Source of the DNA: Kudoa neothunni | Lineage: Eukaryota > Animalia > Cnidaria | Assembly: GCA_964304625.1 (NCBI GenBank) | Contig: OZ199838.1 | Location: 11,805,608 to 11,869,607, forward strand | Direction: 5' to 3' | DNA: 64,000 nt | In this document: piece after piece, positions 14,074-28,254 of the stretch | How the letters are laid out: each line of letters opens with the position of its first letter | Position numbering within the stretch: the first letter of the stretch is position 1 | Program-made: the position numbers and the translations under genes | Notes under the pieces: model-generated | Database searches by the model: none | What the model saw: only the letters and a program-made list of their open reading frames with translations | Told to the model about the DNA's origin: nothing

Positions 14074-15040
14074 ATTGTAAATAAAATATACTCATTTATT
14101 ATATTTGTATTATTTTATATACTTTTTATAAATATCTAATATGTGAATTATTTTTAGTTCCATCAAATCAATTGTGTATAGATTATAATTAACAATACAT
14201 TTAAACAGTATTTATATAAAAATAAATTTTTTTTCCATATTTAAAAGTGTAAAATATTATTTAATTTTAGAATCTAATGACAAAAAGTTAGTTCCAGACG
14301 ATCAACTCGTCACTAAAATTTAAACTTTCTTCTTGCAGCCATTTAGTCGGGGCCTGAGAAAATTTAATCGTCTTTATATTAGTCATAAAATACAGGTGTG
14401 TGGAAGAGAAATAATTTTTTCTAATTTTGGAAAATTCATATTTTATAAAGATATAACTAAATTTAAAAAATTTTTAATGACCTATTCTAAAGAAAATTTA
14501 GTGTGATATTCTATTAATTGGTTAAGATGTATAAAATTCACCAAGGACAGAAAGATTATACTTCTGAGATATGCTACCTGTCTGTCCAGAGTCAGGATTG
14601 TTTATACCTGTTTCTAGGCAACCTGTATCAAAATTGATCATCTAACAATTCACAATAAATAAATATATTCTGGTTTCCGCAACAGTTGACAATAGTTGAT
14701 AAGTTCGACTAAACCAACAATAATATCTGAAATAAAAAATGTTGATTGGAAACAAAAGTAATAAATTTTTGATTATATAGTAACCCCCAGTGAGTAAATA
14801 ATGTTGTTCTTGTAGACAAAACTGGTACAGTGAACTTTTTAGCATGATTGTGTCGCTCGAATGTTAAAATGGTTTGTTAGCAGAATATTTAAAATTGAAT
14901 TGACCAGATAATTAGAAATTTTCTCCATCAAACCCAAAGGATCGAGTAATTAAGAAATGTAACGCGTCAACTCAGCGTCTGTAACTTGTCAACACACTTA
15001 TTCACGCGTTGTTTTGGTGTGTGGCAATAGTTCATATAAA

Positions 15041-16745
15041 ATGCTTCAAACGACACTTGCAGTAATATTATTTATTATTCCACTCATAAGAAGTGAAGGA
15101 ATTTTGGACGATTTAAATGCGGAAACAGTAAAAATAACCACCTGCGATGCAAAAGAATGTCCAGAAAAACAAGCTGGAGAACAGCTGTCCAATGGACCAC
15201 TAAAAAAACTTGATCCCGTGAAAGTAAATGCTCATAAAACAAAACTCCTCTTACGGATATTAAAATGACTAAAAGACAAAATGAGAACCTTTTTTTAGAT
15301 CGGCCATGAAAGAAAAATTGAAATAACTCCAAATGTAGAAAGGACTCTTGAAACTGTAGCCCTCAGTCCAATAATATTTAGTAGATAGATGTCCAATTAT
15401 AAATAAATAATTTTAATGTTTTCAACTAGAAATGGATAACTTCCTAAACGATGAAGAGTGTGATCGTATAATGAAGCTTGCAGAAGAATTTGGATTGCAC
15501 AGCAGTGATCTTCACATGGATAGGAAATCGATAGAAAATAGAGACTATAGAAAGTCATCTACTTCTAAGGGTTCTGAGATGAGTTATTGGGATCTTAATC
15601 AGGACGGCAGAATCAGTGTTCCTGAAGAAGTAATTTCGATTAGTTGACATTTTTTAAGTGTTCCTAACTAAAGATAAAACAAGTTGCTATCAAGGAGCAC
15701 TTGCTCTATATCAGTGACGAAGAGGTTGGCAAAATGTAGTCTAATTATACTTGAATTGATTATTAATGTTATTTTAGGTTAAAAAAATTTGAAGTACCTG
15801 TAGAAATAGACGCAAACACTACTTATATTTCACCACAAGGTTTGAGTACATTCAACGCAGCTGGTATGGCCCAATATCTTCACGATACTCGCATGAGTCA
15901 TCCTCATCATCGGGACAGAACAAGTGACCAAGTTTGGCTAAGTGCTTATGGAACAAATGACACATTACTCCATGGAATTTATGCCAAGTTAGATGGTTAA
16001 AAAATTAAAGGTTTTATTAAATCAAACCTTAGACTACAAAAAGTAACTCAACTCCCCAAAGATATTGTAGATGCTTCTGAACCTTTCCAGGTATTCAGAA
16101 AATCAACGAATAATTCCAGTTATCTATTTCCTTTAATAATTTCAGGTGGTAAGATACGGTGAAAGAGGACATTATTACGCACACTATGACTCACAATCCA
16201 GGAAAGAATTCCAGGAATTGCAATGTTGCCAATATATTGATGATATGCCCACCGGCTCGTCATGCAGAATTTGCAGGTAGAAAAATACAACATTCCTATC
16301 AATAGTTAAAACCATTATTAATAATCTTACTCTAAATAGATATCTGACTGCTCTTTATTTCCTGAATGATCCAGTGGAAGGCGGTGAAACTGCCTTTCCA
16401 GTAGCTGATCAAAAAAATTTTGATGAAAAGGTACCTACCTATTTCTCTTCGCTATAACACTTAGAGTTGAATTACAAAATGTAGGAATTCAGAGAGAGAA
16501 AAAACGGTGATATGTACAATCTCAGCAAATTCTGCCATAGAGCTAACATTGTTGTAAAACCCAAGAAGGGTACAATGGTTCTATGGTACAATCATTTCAC
16601 CACTGATGATGGCTTCCTTGGCGAATTAGACGAAGCTTCATTGCATGGTGGATGTGATGTCATCCAAGGAGAGAAATGGATAGCCACCACTTGGATTCCA
16701 GCTCCTGAAAGGGACTCGCCCAAACCCAAATATGGTCATCAATAA
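15041..16745 (+). CDS. P4HTM: Transmembrane-type prolyl 4-hydroxylase with EF-hand, 9 exons
   Basis: KIGHERKIEI..TVALSPIIFKMDNFLNDEEC; EF-hand DLNQDGRIS; catalytic HYD, LHGGC and EKW; YLTALYFLNDPVEGGETAFPVAD. All introns are GT-AG and keep frame. Confidence 0.92.
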
Positions 16746-17458
16746 TAAGTTTGCGTCCTTCTTTAGGCTATTATGGACTATCACTTTAATAGTATTTGCT
16801 AAAATAGTATCTATTTGAAATATTGTCAAATTTACTTACTTCTGTCTCCTCCATTTGATTATTAAATCTAACACAATGTAAATGATTAGATCGTGCGATC
16901 CAGTTGCATACGTTCGCTACGTTATTAATTTATTTAAGAGGTAGAATCGTATTCAAGTCAAACACATTTTTATTTATATAAAGCAGTATTATATAACCTC
17001 TTTGAGTAGGAATGCTGGTTTTTGACGACGGTTAAACTAATTAATAGCTTTTGTCAGACATCTCAAGAAAGCGTCGTTTCCATCGAAACTCCCTAGGTAG
17101 ATTGATTACTGCTTTAACTTAGTAGCACACATAAAACTATATAACAAATGATCTACATCGAAATCCCTTTTTACGTGCGAAAGTAATTACATGCCCCAAA
17201 ATTGCCACCATGATTAAACAGAATCTATATTTTAGATTTAGTTAGTCTATATTAATTATAGCCCTCAAATAATACGCCAAATTTTGGATAATTAGTTGAT
17301 ATAAATCCTTCTTTAATTCAAATTTATTTCCTAACTTATTTTTAAGAAACATTATCAAATTTGGAAACTGATTCATTATTGCTTTAATGCAATTAAATTG
17401 TTCAAAAAAGTCCACATACAATAACAACGTAAAAAATAACGAGATTAAACGTCAACAA

Positions 17459-18110
17459 CTATTTTGGAAGTAATAAAGATATCACCAGCGGGACCAAGAA
17501 CAGATACCAATATTTAAGATAGAAGGGACGATTATCTTCCATACTTTTCTGTTCGTTAGCTCTTTTAAGTACTTCTGTGTAATTTTTCAATCTTATTGGA
17601 GGAAGGTGTTCAGGAACGTCAGTTTTGGTGTCAAAATTCATTCGACCTACAATAACGAATAAAAACTGAAATTTGCATTTTAATGCTTTCATTACTTCTT
17701 GATGATAATTTTAAAGCATTCGTTTTTGGCATTAAAGATAACGCAATCAGAGTGGTGGGATTGTGTGTGGTTGAAAAATAGCCGACGAATGATAACTGGA
17801 ATCTGGCATTTTTTAGGTGGCTGATTTCTATGCAAGATGAATAATGATTCTTAGGTGTGTTTGCTGACTGGCATTCAACACAATAGAATCCATTTCCCAT
17901 CTTTGAAATTTTCTTGTAGTTTTTTTCAGAGATATCAATTATCTTATCTTTAAGCAGTGGTAGTGCGCCATCCTCTTGAATTATTCGCATACTACCAAGG
18001 TTTTCGGCGGTTTTCCAATTGTCAATAGAATATGTACACGAAAGCAAATCGATATGATTGCTATAAATACCACTTAACAATAGCAGTACGAGTCCCCAGG
18101 CCCAAATCAT
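17459..18110 (-). CDS. EMC10: ER membrane protein complex subunit 10-like, 2 exons
   Basis: Signal peptide; intron at about 17695-17647 joins the two ORFs. The C-terminal EQKSMEDNRPFYLKYWYLFLVPLVISL matches the EMC10 KSFFAKYWMYIIP motif. Confidence 0.75.
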
Positions 18111-20386
18111 TATCTCGCTATTGCGTGCGCAAGAATATTTAATCGTTTAACAACTTTAGGTTATCTCAAAATGTTACATTTAAATAATATCGAAAATTTT
18201 TTTTTGATCCAATATAGAAAAATTTCACTGTTATCTAAAGATTTATTTAGTAATTTTTGATTTTTTGATTTTTAATTATATGAAATATATTATTGGTGTT
18301 GGAAAACATTGACGTTTAAGATTTTTTGGGTCTAAGAAAGAAAGTACTTATATCTAGAATTAGCGCAAGCTCGAGTGAAGATTCATAAAAATTATAGCTA
18401 TATTCTATTTCTTCTCGAAAGCATGGATCGATGGAAAGAAAAATGATTTTGATTTTATAGAGCAAATACGTTTAATAATGTTTCATTTTTATTAAATATG
18501 TAAATCTACTAATTTTGGTTCATATTAATAGACTGTCGCTAATCGCGCGTAGAAATATAACCTTAATATCATACGTACGCGAGACATCCGTTTTTAAACC
18601 CTACATCTTCTACTTAAGTGTTAAGTTGCAATAAATTTTTTTAAATTGTTTTAAGAATAATGATTCAATTTAAAGGGAAATCGTTGCGGATGTTCATAAT
18701 TTGTATAAATACAATATGGTGAAATATCTAGAACAAAATTATAATATTTTTAAACTTAATGTTTGTATGTATTAATTTATTTAAAATGATTGATAATTAA
18801 GAAATAAATGGTTTGAGAAAAAAAATTTTTAGCTTAAAAGAATCATTTTTTACTTCACTTGTAAAATTAAACTTTCACATTGCAACGAACCTTTATTGCA
18901 ATATAACCCAAAACTTTAATTTAGTTAATAATTTCTTTAACATTTATTTGTGTTAAAAAAATTAATAATAGAACAAATAATGATAATAACTCATGATTCC
19001 CTTTAAAATAATTTTTTGAGCGAAATTTTGGTATTTTTTAGAATATTTGATAAATTTCCGTCGTGTACATTAATAAATAATATCGAAAATTTCAGTCCTC
19101 TATAAAACACTTAAATTATTGAAATCTCATTTTAAATTATCTAATAAAATTTGAAGGATTCAATAAAGTTAGTTAGCTTTGGGGAATTTTTTTACTTTAC
19201 GGTCAGGAAAATAGCGATTTAAATAAGACATCCTCATTTAGAAATACGCGGGAGTTCATGCCGACTCAAAATAAACTTTGAATAAAAATAATAATTTTAT
19301 TAGGGGTTTTAATGCAATTTATTTATATGAAAGTGATTATTAGTATGGTAAATAATATTAAGGTGACATTAAGTATAACGGATTCTAAGAAATTGAATCT
19401 GTAAATAGTTTGCTAATAAGAGTTCCTAAGACTACAAAATTTCATTGCACATGCTTACATTTTAGAATGAAATTTTACCGTGCTAATGTAAGTAATAATT
19501 AAATTCCTAACATCAAATTTATTCTTTTTTGTAATGGGGTATACTAATACACAGATATGATTTTTTTATGTACGGACGAAACAAATTTTCATTTTTTTGA
19601 TAAGCTTCCTTTTTATTTTAAATAGAAAGAATTACAATTTTAAAGTTTACTGAGAAATTCGACGAATTATTCCTAAATATACTAAATATTTTGTTGGTAT
19701 ATTATTCAATAAATAAGTAAACGTTTTTTCAACGTAAAGTACAAAAATATCTTACGAAAAATCAGTAATTATTATACATATCTTAATAACCTCAAAAAAT
19801 TTGATATATTTAGTCATGGTACTTTAGAAAATATTTCGTATAAGAATAATTAATAAAATTTTCCGATCCAATTTCGACATTATTTTGTTATTTTATATGC
19901 TAGTATTTTTTGAAAGAATTTTAAGTGAGGTCGAAAGATTTTGTATACAGATCAGAATCATCCTGGAATGATAAACACTAAATGTTCAAGTGTCTAATTA
20001 AGTTTTTCCCTTTAAAATTACACCACTCACATTAATTAGTAATTATTAAATAAGTCCGTCTTCATCAGTATAAATTTTAGTCATATTTTAACAATTTAGA
20101 TGAAATATATCTTAAAGCGTGTATATTCTGTTTCTAAATTCAACTCGCTGGAAAATATGATGTATTACGAAAAAGAATAAATTTATTTTATATTAAATGT
20201 ATTGTATTGACTCACAATAAAATTTTACATAATTCTGATTCCTTTGTGGGATCAATATTTCAACAAAATGGGCAAAAAACTTGAATCAGATTCAAAAAAT
20301 TAATTTACTATGAAGAATAATAATAAATTCACTAAAAACTAAGAAGTTGTGAAAATGGTTATCTTGCTTATGGAAAGCTGGCAGGC

Positions 20387-23283
20387 TTATTTCGTAATTT
20401 GAGCTACGGCGTAAATAGGAGCCTTCTTCTTTCTTTTGGACAGTCCGAAAAGCAAAAGGGCAATCAATCCAATAAGACACAATAATCCAAGCCTAAAATG
20501 ATTATTACGCGCTATTGAAAATTACTTTTTATAAATAGTTACATCGAAAACAAGATTGTTTTGTTCCTTAAATAATAATATTAGTCAAATATATGATCAA
20601 ACATTTTAAATACTTTGATTTAGAAGCACTCGCATTGTCTGATTGATCTTCTGGCACTATCGGGAAAAGATAATTATTGCCCGATAACTACAATCCAATT
20701 TACCCTCTTCTGGTACAGCAGCAACTGGATTAGCAACAGCTGTATTAGTAGCAACTGGTTTAGTGTCACCTGAGACAGTACCAACGGGTATAGAACCGAT
20801 TGGTACATCATCATCATCATCATCATTAGTTGGCATATGATTCACGGTTGCACCTCCAGCTGGAACAGTTTGTATAACTTTGTGTTGACCCGGATTTTGA
20901 CCATCGGCTATTTTACCCTAAAATTTATTAGATTGATTGCATTGTTACGTATTCGAGCAAGTAAATAATTAATTATTAAAAGTGAAATTTTACATTGAAA
21001 TCTTGGGCGTGAACGTTGGACACAGGTGGAGCATATTCTATTAATTATTTGATAAAAGTAAAAATTTATAACAACAATGGATTATTACTGTTGGATTTTG
21101 GATTTTGTACAACAAAAATATTTGAATCATGATTGGGATCCATAATGATGACGTTACCGTCGGCAAATATTTTTCTTTTGTGTGCTCTCACATTCGATAT
21201 ATCATATAAGTTGGTTTCATCCATTGTCAGTTGGATAGGTCTACGATTCGATTCCAATTCAAATGAAGGATCGGTATATTTCCTCATTCTATCAACTTCA
21301 TAGTCAACTTCGATATTGGGATCGTTATTAGTAGCAATATTGATGTTAATGTATTGATCAGAATTTGGCTTTTTGAGAAAGGTCTTGGCCACACCGAAAT
21401 GTCTCGGGCGTACAATGAATCGGGTAATTTTAGGGACAGCTTTGTTGTCAATAATAAAACCATCGTCGCATTTCACACTGCAATGTGTGGTGTAATCGCA
21501 TTGAGCAGCCAGCTTAAGACGTGTTCCTTCCTTGTTCGACGAATACAATGTGTAATCGCAGTAAGTGTCTGGTCTATTCTCTCTAGGAAGTTGAACCTTG
21601 ATTTGATCTCCGGTTAATTGGGTAAGCACAACCGGATAATCTTCCAAACGACTCTCTATAATGCATAAATAATTAAAATCTATCATTATTTAATTCGTAT
21701 ATACTGGTTTTCACTTGAAACACTTTCTCTGAGTAATGCGAAAATGGCACAACTTTTATCGAATAAAGATGATATTGCTTGAGACCAATTACCTCAAATG
21801 TTGAACTACATGTATTCACACATCTGTCACTGTGAAGACATCTTCCAGGATGATAAACACCCGTATTATCATTCTGAATAAAAACCATACAGTAGGTTTG
21901 GTGGGCTAAAGCATCCGTTGATGGGGTAATAACCACGGAGTTGAGTCCAGGGTGTGCAATTAACTTGAGTAGTTCAGCTTCAACCGTTTTAAATGACACA
22001 CTCGATTCGCAAGTCGAATTTCTAACTACAACTAATCTATATCGGGTATTTGGTTTTAGGTTTAACAGCCTTTTAGATGCACATTGAGTATCACATGATT
22101 GTTTCCCATCTTCGCCACATATGTGACTCATCTCATAACCGGGATATTCCTCATAATAAAGCTTCATTTGGCAGTGGTGACCTTCTTCAGCTAAAAGATC
22201 TAAGCGAACCAAAACTGAATTGTGGGTTATATCTTCCAATTCAACAATATTTTTCCCGACTAAATACAACAATAATCTAATAAATCGAACCTTAAAAACT
22301 ACTAATGAAGCAATTTTCGTAGTGAGAACTCATGTATTTGGTCTTTATTTTTAGAGTATAAGAAGGTGATGATCCTGTGGTGAGTGTCATAGTCACGTTG
22401 TTGCATGGGGTGAAGCATTTGGTTGGTTGAGTACTCGAACCACAATTTTGGATCCACGTACCACTAGAAGTTCCTTCACATACTTGAAACTCACACATTT
22501 CCTTTGGTTTAGCATTCGAGAATTCCACTTTTAATGCAGTGGTAGAGCTCCCTTTTTTCATACTTAAGGAAAATTGCTTAGCGCCTTGATCTTTGACCAA
22601 ATGAGTTTTTTTGGTATAGACATACAGAGGAGCCTGTTCTTCGCCACAGAAGAGTTTGACACGATCTTTTGTGGAAATAAATTCGGTTGAAATGGTTCCA
22701 AATCGGTGGCATTCAACATGATTTGACATGAATTTGATTGGGATATTGTTTTCCTTGATTTGACAAACGGTGTTGCCGGTGCATAGTTTAATGGTTTCGA
22801 ACACAATTTTATCCTCTTGAAAGGATGCTTTTGCGTAGAGGGGTTTTTCAAAAACTAATTAAAATCAGAAACATTTCAACTTTACAAAAATATCACTATT
22901 TTTGAGCGTCAGATAAATGTCGGAAGTAGAGGTACTACCACTGATTTTAACATAATAGGTGTCTTTGGGATCTGGGGGTATAAAGCTGTAGACTCCAACG
23001 CAACTGACCTGTGCTTCCTCTTGATTATCAGCAATGATAGGTTGATAGGAAAGAGTGTCGTTATGGAAGGTTAAAAGACTAATTGTGCATTTTTCTGTGG
23101 GATCTCCATTCAAGCTCAAATGAACGGTGTCTTTAGTAGTTGTAGGAGATCGCTCAATTTTGTATTTGGTTGCATAAACTATGGAATATATGAGTTAATT
23201 ATAACTGACAAAGATGATTCCACAATCTCACCTGATTTGTAAATCAGTTGAAAAGTCAACAGAGCGAAAAACACCAACCCCAT
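20387..23283 (-). CDS. Cys-bridged FN3-like repeat surface protein, type C (signal peptide, ~6 modules, Ala/Pro/Asp-rich stalk, TM, basic tail)
   Basis: Signal exon MGLVFFALLTFQLIYKS with a phase-1 intron. Modules carry C-x(12-16)-C-x(4-9)-C-x3-C and FN3-type LKPNTRY / LKQYHLY. Ends LGLLCLIGLIALLLFGLSKRKKKAPIYAVAQITK*. Confidence 0.75.
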
Positions 23284-25229
23284 TGTTATCGTGTAGTTGA
23301 CCAAAGGCAGACAAAAATTAACGAGTTAATACTATAATAATTAAATAGAATTGATATTTTCGGCAATTATTGATAATTTCCAGATAGTATCTATTCATAC
23401 TAATAATTTTTCCATAATGCTATAGTAGCGAACAAAAAAACTAACAACTACCTAAGTTCAAATATAACGAGAAGTATCAATAAAAAATAAAGACATGAGT
23501 CTATCTATTTAATATTGTTTACGTCCATAATTAATGAAATTAGTGGATTGTCATTCATATTGAATATTTGAATCGATATTATCGGGTATGAATGTATACA
23601 ACAAGAGATTCACTCTTAATCAATCTATTGAAATAAAACTCTTTTTGATACATTAATGTAATCTTCTTCCAGCCATCTCTACCTTCATTTAAAGTTCCCA
23701 AATAAAGTATATTAATAAAAACTTGGTATATTCTACCAAATGTAATGAACGTATGGGAGTTTTGATAAAATGAATTTCAGAAATTCTATATTTTTAATCG
23801 ATGTAAGTTATACAATTTTAACAAACACTACTTTTAAATTTTTCGAAAAATTTTATCCATTAACAAAAATAAGATCACATTAATATTTTGCCATTAGAAG
23901 TTGATAAATATGGTTGTCTCTAGTCCCCTGACAACTATAAATAAAATCTAATATATTATAAATTAATATCTTCAGCTCATATTATTCTAATTTATTATAA
24001 AGTAAATAAATATAATTTATTACAAAAACAACTACCAATTAAGTTAGTTATGTGTTTATCGACCTACAAAATTAATCCCTTGTGTGTAATTTTGATTATA
24101 ATTGATTATTTGAGTCCCCGAAGAGCTTGGTTATATACCAGAATTGATTACCTATACCAGATGTAAACAAATCAAATTTATAAGTAGATTATAAACACAC
24201 GTTGCAAATATTGAAAATTGAAAGTTGCGCGAGCGTACATTCATTTTAAGATTAAAGTTGTATGGATCAATAATTACAGTCTTAAGTTAATCCAAAAATC
24301 GGATTCACTCCATATTCAGTGTGGTTTAATAATCATTCGGCAATAGCAACGTTGCGGTTATTCTTACGAAAAAATTTAATCCTAAATGGACCAAAGCATG
24401 CGCGACCGCCATTTTTAATCCCACATTCTCTAATAAATATATGATATTCATAGTAAATTTTTAAAGCTGCAATTTTAACGTCCATAATAATGCATACATA
24501 TTTTATCATTACAATGGAAATTTACACTGTATTTTAAAATATGAAACGTGAAATTTTCAGCTAAATATCATAGCTATATTTCATTTTTATTATCTTATCT
24601 CTACTTTTCTCGCAGAAATAATTCAATGCGGAGGCTATTCGCATGCCAAATTTTTAACTTAAACAGCAAGTGCGCCCGAGCAATGACAATTTTTAATCCC
24701 AACGAGTCGTACTCACAAACTGTATAGAGATCTAATTTTCTAGAATCCGCTATATTTAATTATTCCTGATTTATCGCTTCAATCAATAGTCAGAATTAAT
24801 TAAATATAATCAAAACTAATGACACCTGAAAATTATCTATCGTTCCAATAGCCACTTTCTCTTTTAAACAATTTAAAACGATAAAGTACAGGCTCTATAA
24901 CTCTAATTTTAATTTTGGTAATAAAAATCTGGGGATGAAATAAATAAACAGAATCAGATTTATCCGAATGAATTATAAAGGTACTAAAACCTTCAATATT
25001 TCGAAGAAATATCCACCGTATACAGTCTAATTTAAAACGAAAATAAAATTCACTATTCCATTAATTTAATTTAGTTCTCATGTTCTCTGTGCTATTATAA
25101 ATTAAACGCGGTTTTTACTATTTTACGCAAGCGCTGAATTAATTACTCCTCCAACAATATTACATTAGCTGTGCAAAGAGCCACTTTCAAAATGCAAAAT
25201 ATTAAAAAATAGGCCTAATTATAATGAAT

Positions 25230-25303
25230 AGCCCCGGGCGGGGTTCGAACCCCCCAGCCATAGTGTAAAAGGCGGTGATGCCGTAGCGCTCTGCTGATCG
25301 CTC
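25230..25303 (-). pseudogene. tRNA-derived sequence (tRNA pseudogene or SINE head)
   Basis: GC-rich 74 nt in an AT-rich background, with a T-arm/B-box GGGGTTCGAACCCC and 3' CCGGGGCT. Acceptor and anticodon stems do not pair properly. Confidence 0.5.
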
Positions 25304-26161
25304 ATACATTAGCTTTGGTCACATACCTCACAGGACCGACCATTACATACTTGAATATTATGGCTCATGAAGATAACAAGTTCTTTATTTTAAATGGGGA
25401 TATCAAATTCTGTTTTAGCGAAGCTTACCGAAGCAATATTGATGTTATCCGAAATATATTTATTGAAGGTTAATTAATTTATTTATTTTTAATTCACTCC
25501 CAATTCTTCAAACGAAAATCATTTCAATATACCTATTATTTATCAACAGAATTATAGAATAAACGTAAGCAAATAACGCCGTATTTTTAACATAAAAATC
25601 AGCCTAGATGTGTATCCTCTATATTGGGCGCCTAATTATTTTCAACAGAAAATTTAACATATAAAGCGCCAAAACATATTTTATTTTTACACGTCACAAA
25701 AGCTCTATAAACTACGTTAACATTGAGAATCATACCAAAATTTGTCATGGCTAAAAACATTCCAACCCCACCCAATAATTATGCTAATCAAAAATAAATA
25801 AAAAAGAAAAACTGAAATTCATCATCTCCCAATAAAATCAAGACTTCGCCTGTATTATAATCACTATCGTAATTAATCAATTAATTTGTTGAGAAACTAA
25901 GTCCAGAAATATCTCCTCAAACGTTAATCTGAGGCAACAATCACAAATATCAAATGATTGGATACATTAAAAATGATTTTTATCAATAAATTTGTTCATT
26001 AACCAAACAATTTGACTGTAATCAAATTCAAACAACTATACGAATGATGACGGTTAGAGACGAATCATTGCAGATTAATCTCTAGGTTGAATCACACAGA
26101 AGCGCCACTAGCAACCTGTGAAATTCACTATTAACTCTGCGATCCTCCTGGAATAGTTGCG

Positions 26162-26970
26162 ATGAACAAAAGGGTTCCCTTTTTTATGGATAAAACCATA
26201 TCGGATCCATGGTTTGATGAATTGGACGATAATACAAATAACCGCCTTAATGAGCAACCGCTAACTGATTGGTATCCTACCACAACAAATCAGCCGGAGT
26301 TCTCAGATAAAGTCACCGTAAACAACTCCAAATACTATAATCTACCATGCGATTGTGGACTCGTTGATAATATCGCTATGTATCAAAAACTTCGGACCCA
26401 CATTTACTATGATACACACACCCAGAATTTTTACAAATCGGACATCAATTCTACAGCAATTTTGCCTGATGGACTTCCTTACATGGGTTGTCCTAGACAC
26501 AGCCAATACTTTTCAGACGTGATACGTTGCCATGTGAACGTTGTTGGATTTGGTGAAGGTGTTCATCAGAAGATATTTCTATTTGACGCTACTTCACAGC
26601 ATAACTATGCGATTCCGAAGCCTAATACAAATTATCCCACCTTTGACGAGGGTATTATTTGTGATAAATTGTTTTGGTGATTTTAATTTTCGTGAGGTAG
26701 AGAGTGAAGCAATGGATAAAAAACGAAAAGTTCTATACAACTTGGCTACCACTAAACCTACTCGTCTAGAATCAGACATCTACCAACCAGTCCAGTGGGA
26801 GCTAACAAACATTTCCCCAATTGTGCAGCTTATCATAATGAAAAGGCTGACTGCACATGTAAGGAATATCTTGCAGCTGTACGTCAGAAATATATCAGAG
26901 CAAATTCTGCCGTTGCTGATGTGTTAGCCGATCATGGCATAGATATTGTTGTGACACCTGAAGGAATTCA
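26162..26970 (+). CDS. Hypothetical Cys/His-containing exons, possibly an N-terminal extension of the NUP35-like locus
   Basis: 172-aa ORF 26162-26680 plus an exon at about 26770-26970 (CAAYHNEKADCTC..LADHGID) with plausible GT/AG ends. No family recognised. Confidence 0.4.
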
Positions 26971-27048
26971 GTAAGATTAACCAACCATTATTCAAAAATG
27001 TACTATTGCAGTTTTTTTGGTGATGACGTTAATTTTTGATTTCATTAG

Positions 27049-28254
27049 GGTGAATACGTTGGCACAAGATTGGCTAGAGCACCTTGGGTCAGAAGGTCTA
27101 CGCGTAAATGTACTAGTTCCTCAAAACACAATAGCTCTTTGTTGGGTCATCGTGATAAGCTCAATAAACCACAAAATAGTCCCCATGTGGAATTATATTA
27201 TAGAAGCCCTAACCGAACGATTGTTGATGCGAATAATTCTCGTTGTTCTAACTCACTGTCTTTATTGGATAATGAAGACGGCATCGAGTACAAAATTTTA
27301 GCATATTGATTCGAATCTCACGTTAATGTCCTTTAGTTCTTTATATCGCAGTGATCATGATTCTCCAAACGAACAGTAACGTTCAATGAATCCCTCAATA
27401 GGATCTACCCCGATAAAGTACCCCAGCAGAATACTGCCGCCAAAAATGCCACATTCACAGTGTTGACTAGACCGAAAAAGCATCATGTTGAACATGTATT
27501 TATCAGATTTGATTGTTTTCACTTACCGATTTTATTTTTTTTATCTATATATAGGATGAGTTTTTGCCAAGCACTTTCTCCAATAGAAATAAGTCCCAAA
27601 ATATTGATGGTTCACGATTGTCCTCGTTGTCACTATTAAAGTGTGATTCGTTTGTTTGGATGTTGTCGTTTTGTGTTGCTGAAATTATTTGTTTATTTGT
27701 TAGATGTGGCTTGCCTGAGGACGACCTTCAACGATGGGTTACTGTTATTGGTTTCCAACCAAGATTCACCGGTCATGTTGTACGTTTCATGAGCTCTTTT
27801 GGCCCTATTATCAAAATCAAAGTAGTCTATTGTGTGGAGTGTTCTATTTTATTGTTCTATTCGGTTAGTCATCCAAAACTTGCAACTATCTCCATTTAAT
27901 GTTTAGTAAGTCAGCTACGCAGATATTGTAATTGAAATCTTTTCAGGTTTTCTCATTAGAATCACTAATGCGATCCAATTTTAGGCAATACAGAAAGGCA
28001 CCTTCAAATTAGATAATTCGATAATTATTAGTATAAAACCATGCACTAACACTGTAAATTCTATGACAATAGCTAGACATAACTCTTTCTGTTTATAGTT
28101 CATACCAAACGAACAAGTTCATTGTTACGATAGTGAGAGAGATCGCAACAACAGTTTCCAATCCGTATTCAATGTCTCCAACTACGTATCTTGGTTCACG
28201 TCGGCTTTTTCAAAGTCGTGGATTATGTTGATGGTTTCATCAACGAACCATAAT
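27049..28254 (+). CDS. NUP35: NUP35/Nup53-like nucleoporin (MPPN-type RRM), with apparent 1-nt frame disruptions
   Basis: DDLQRWVTVIGFQP..FGPIIK|SSKTCNYLHLMF..|AIQKGTFKLDNSIIISIKPCTN parallels WVTVFGF..GNWMHIRY..IMIGVKPC. C-terminal amphipathic GFFKVVDYVDGF. Confidence 0.6.

Noticed and set aside
14280-14845. Possible small minus-strand multi-exon gene divergent from P4HTM
   Set aside because: Exon-like patches exist, but I could not build a consistent frame or recognise a product.
17631-17692. Apparent frameshift or overlap between the two EMC10 ORFs
   Set aside because: Explained by a ~49-nt GT-AG intron.
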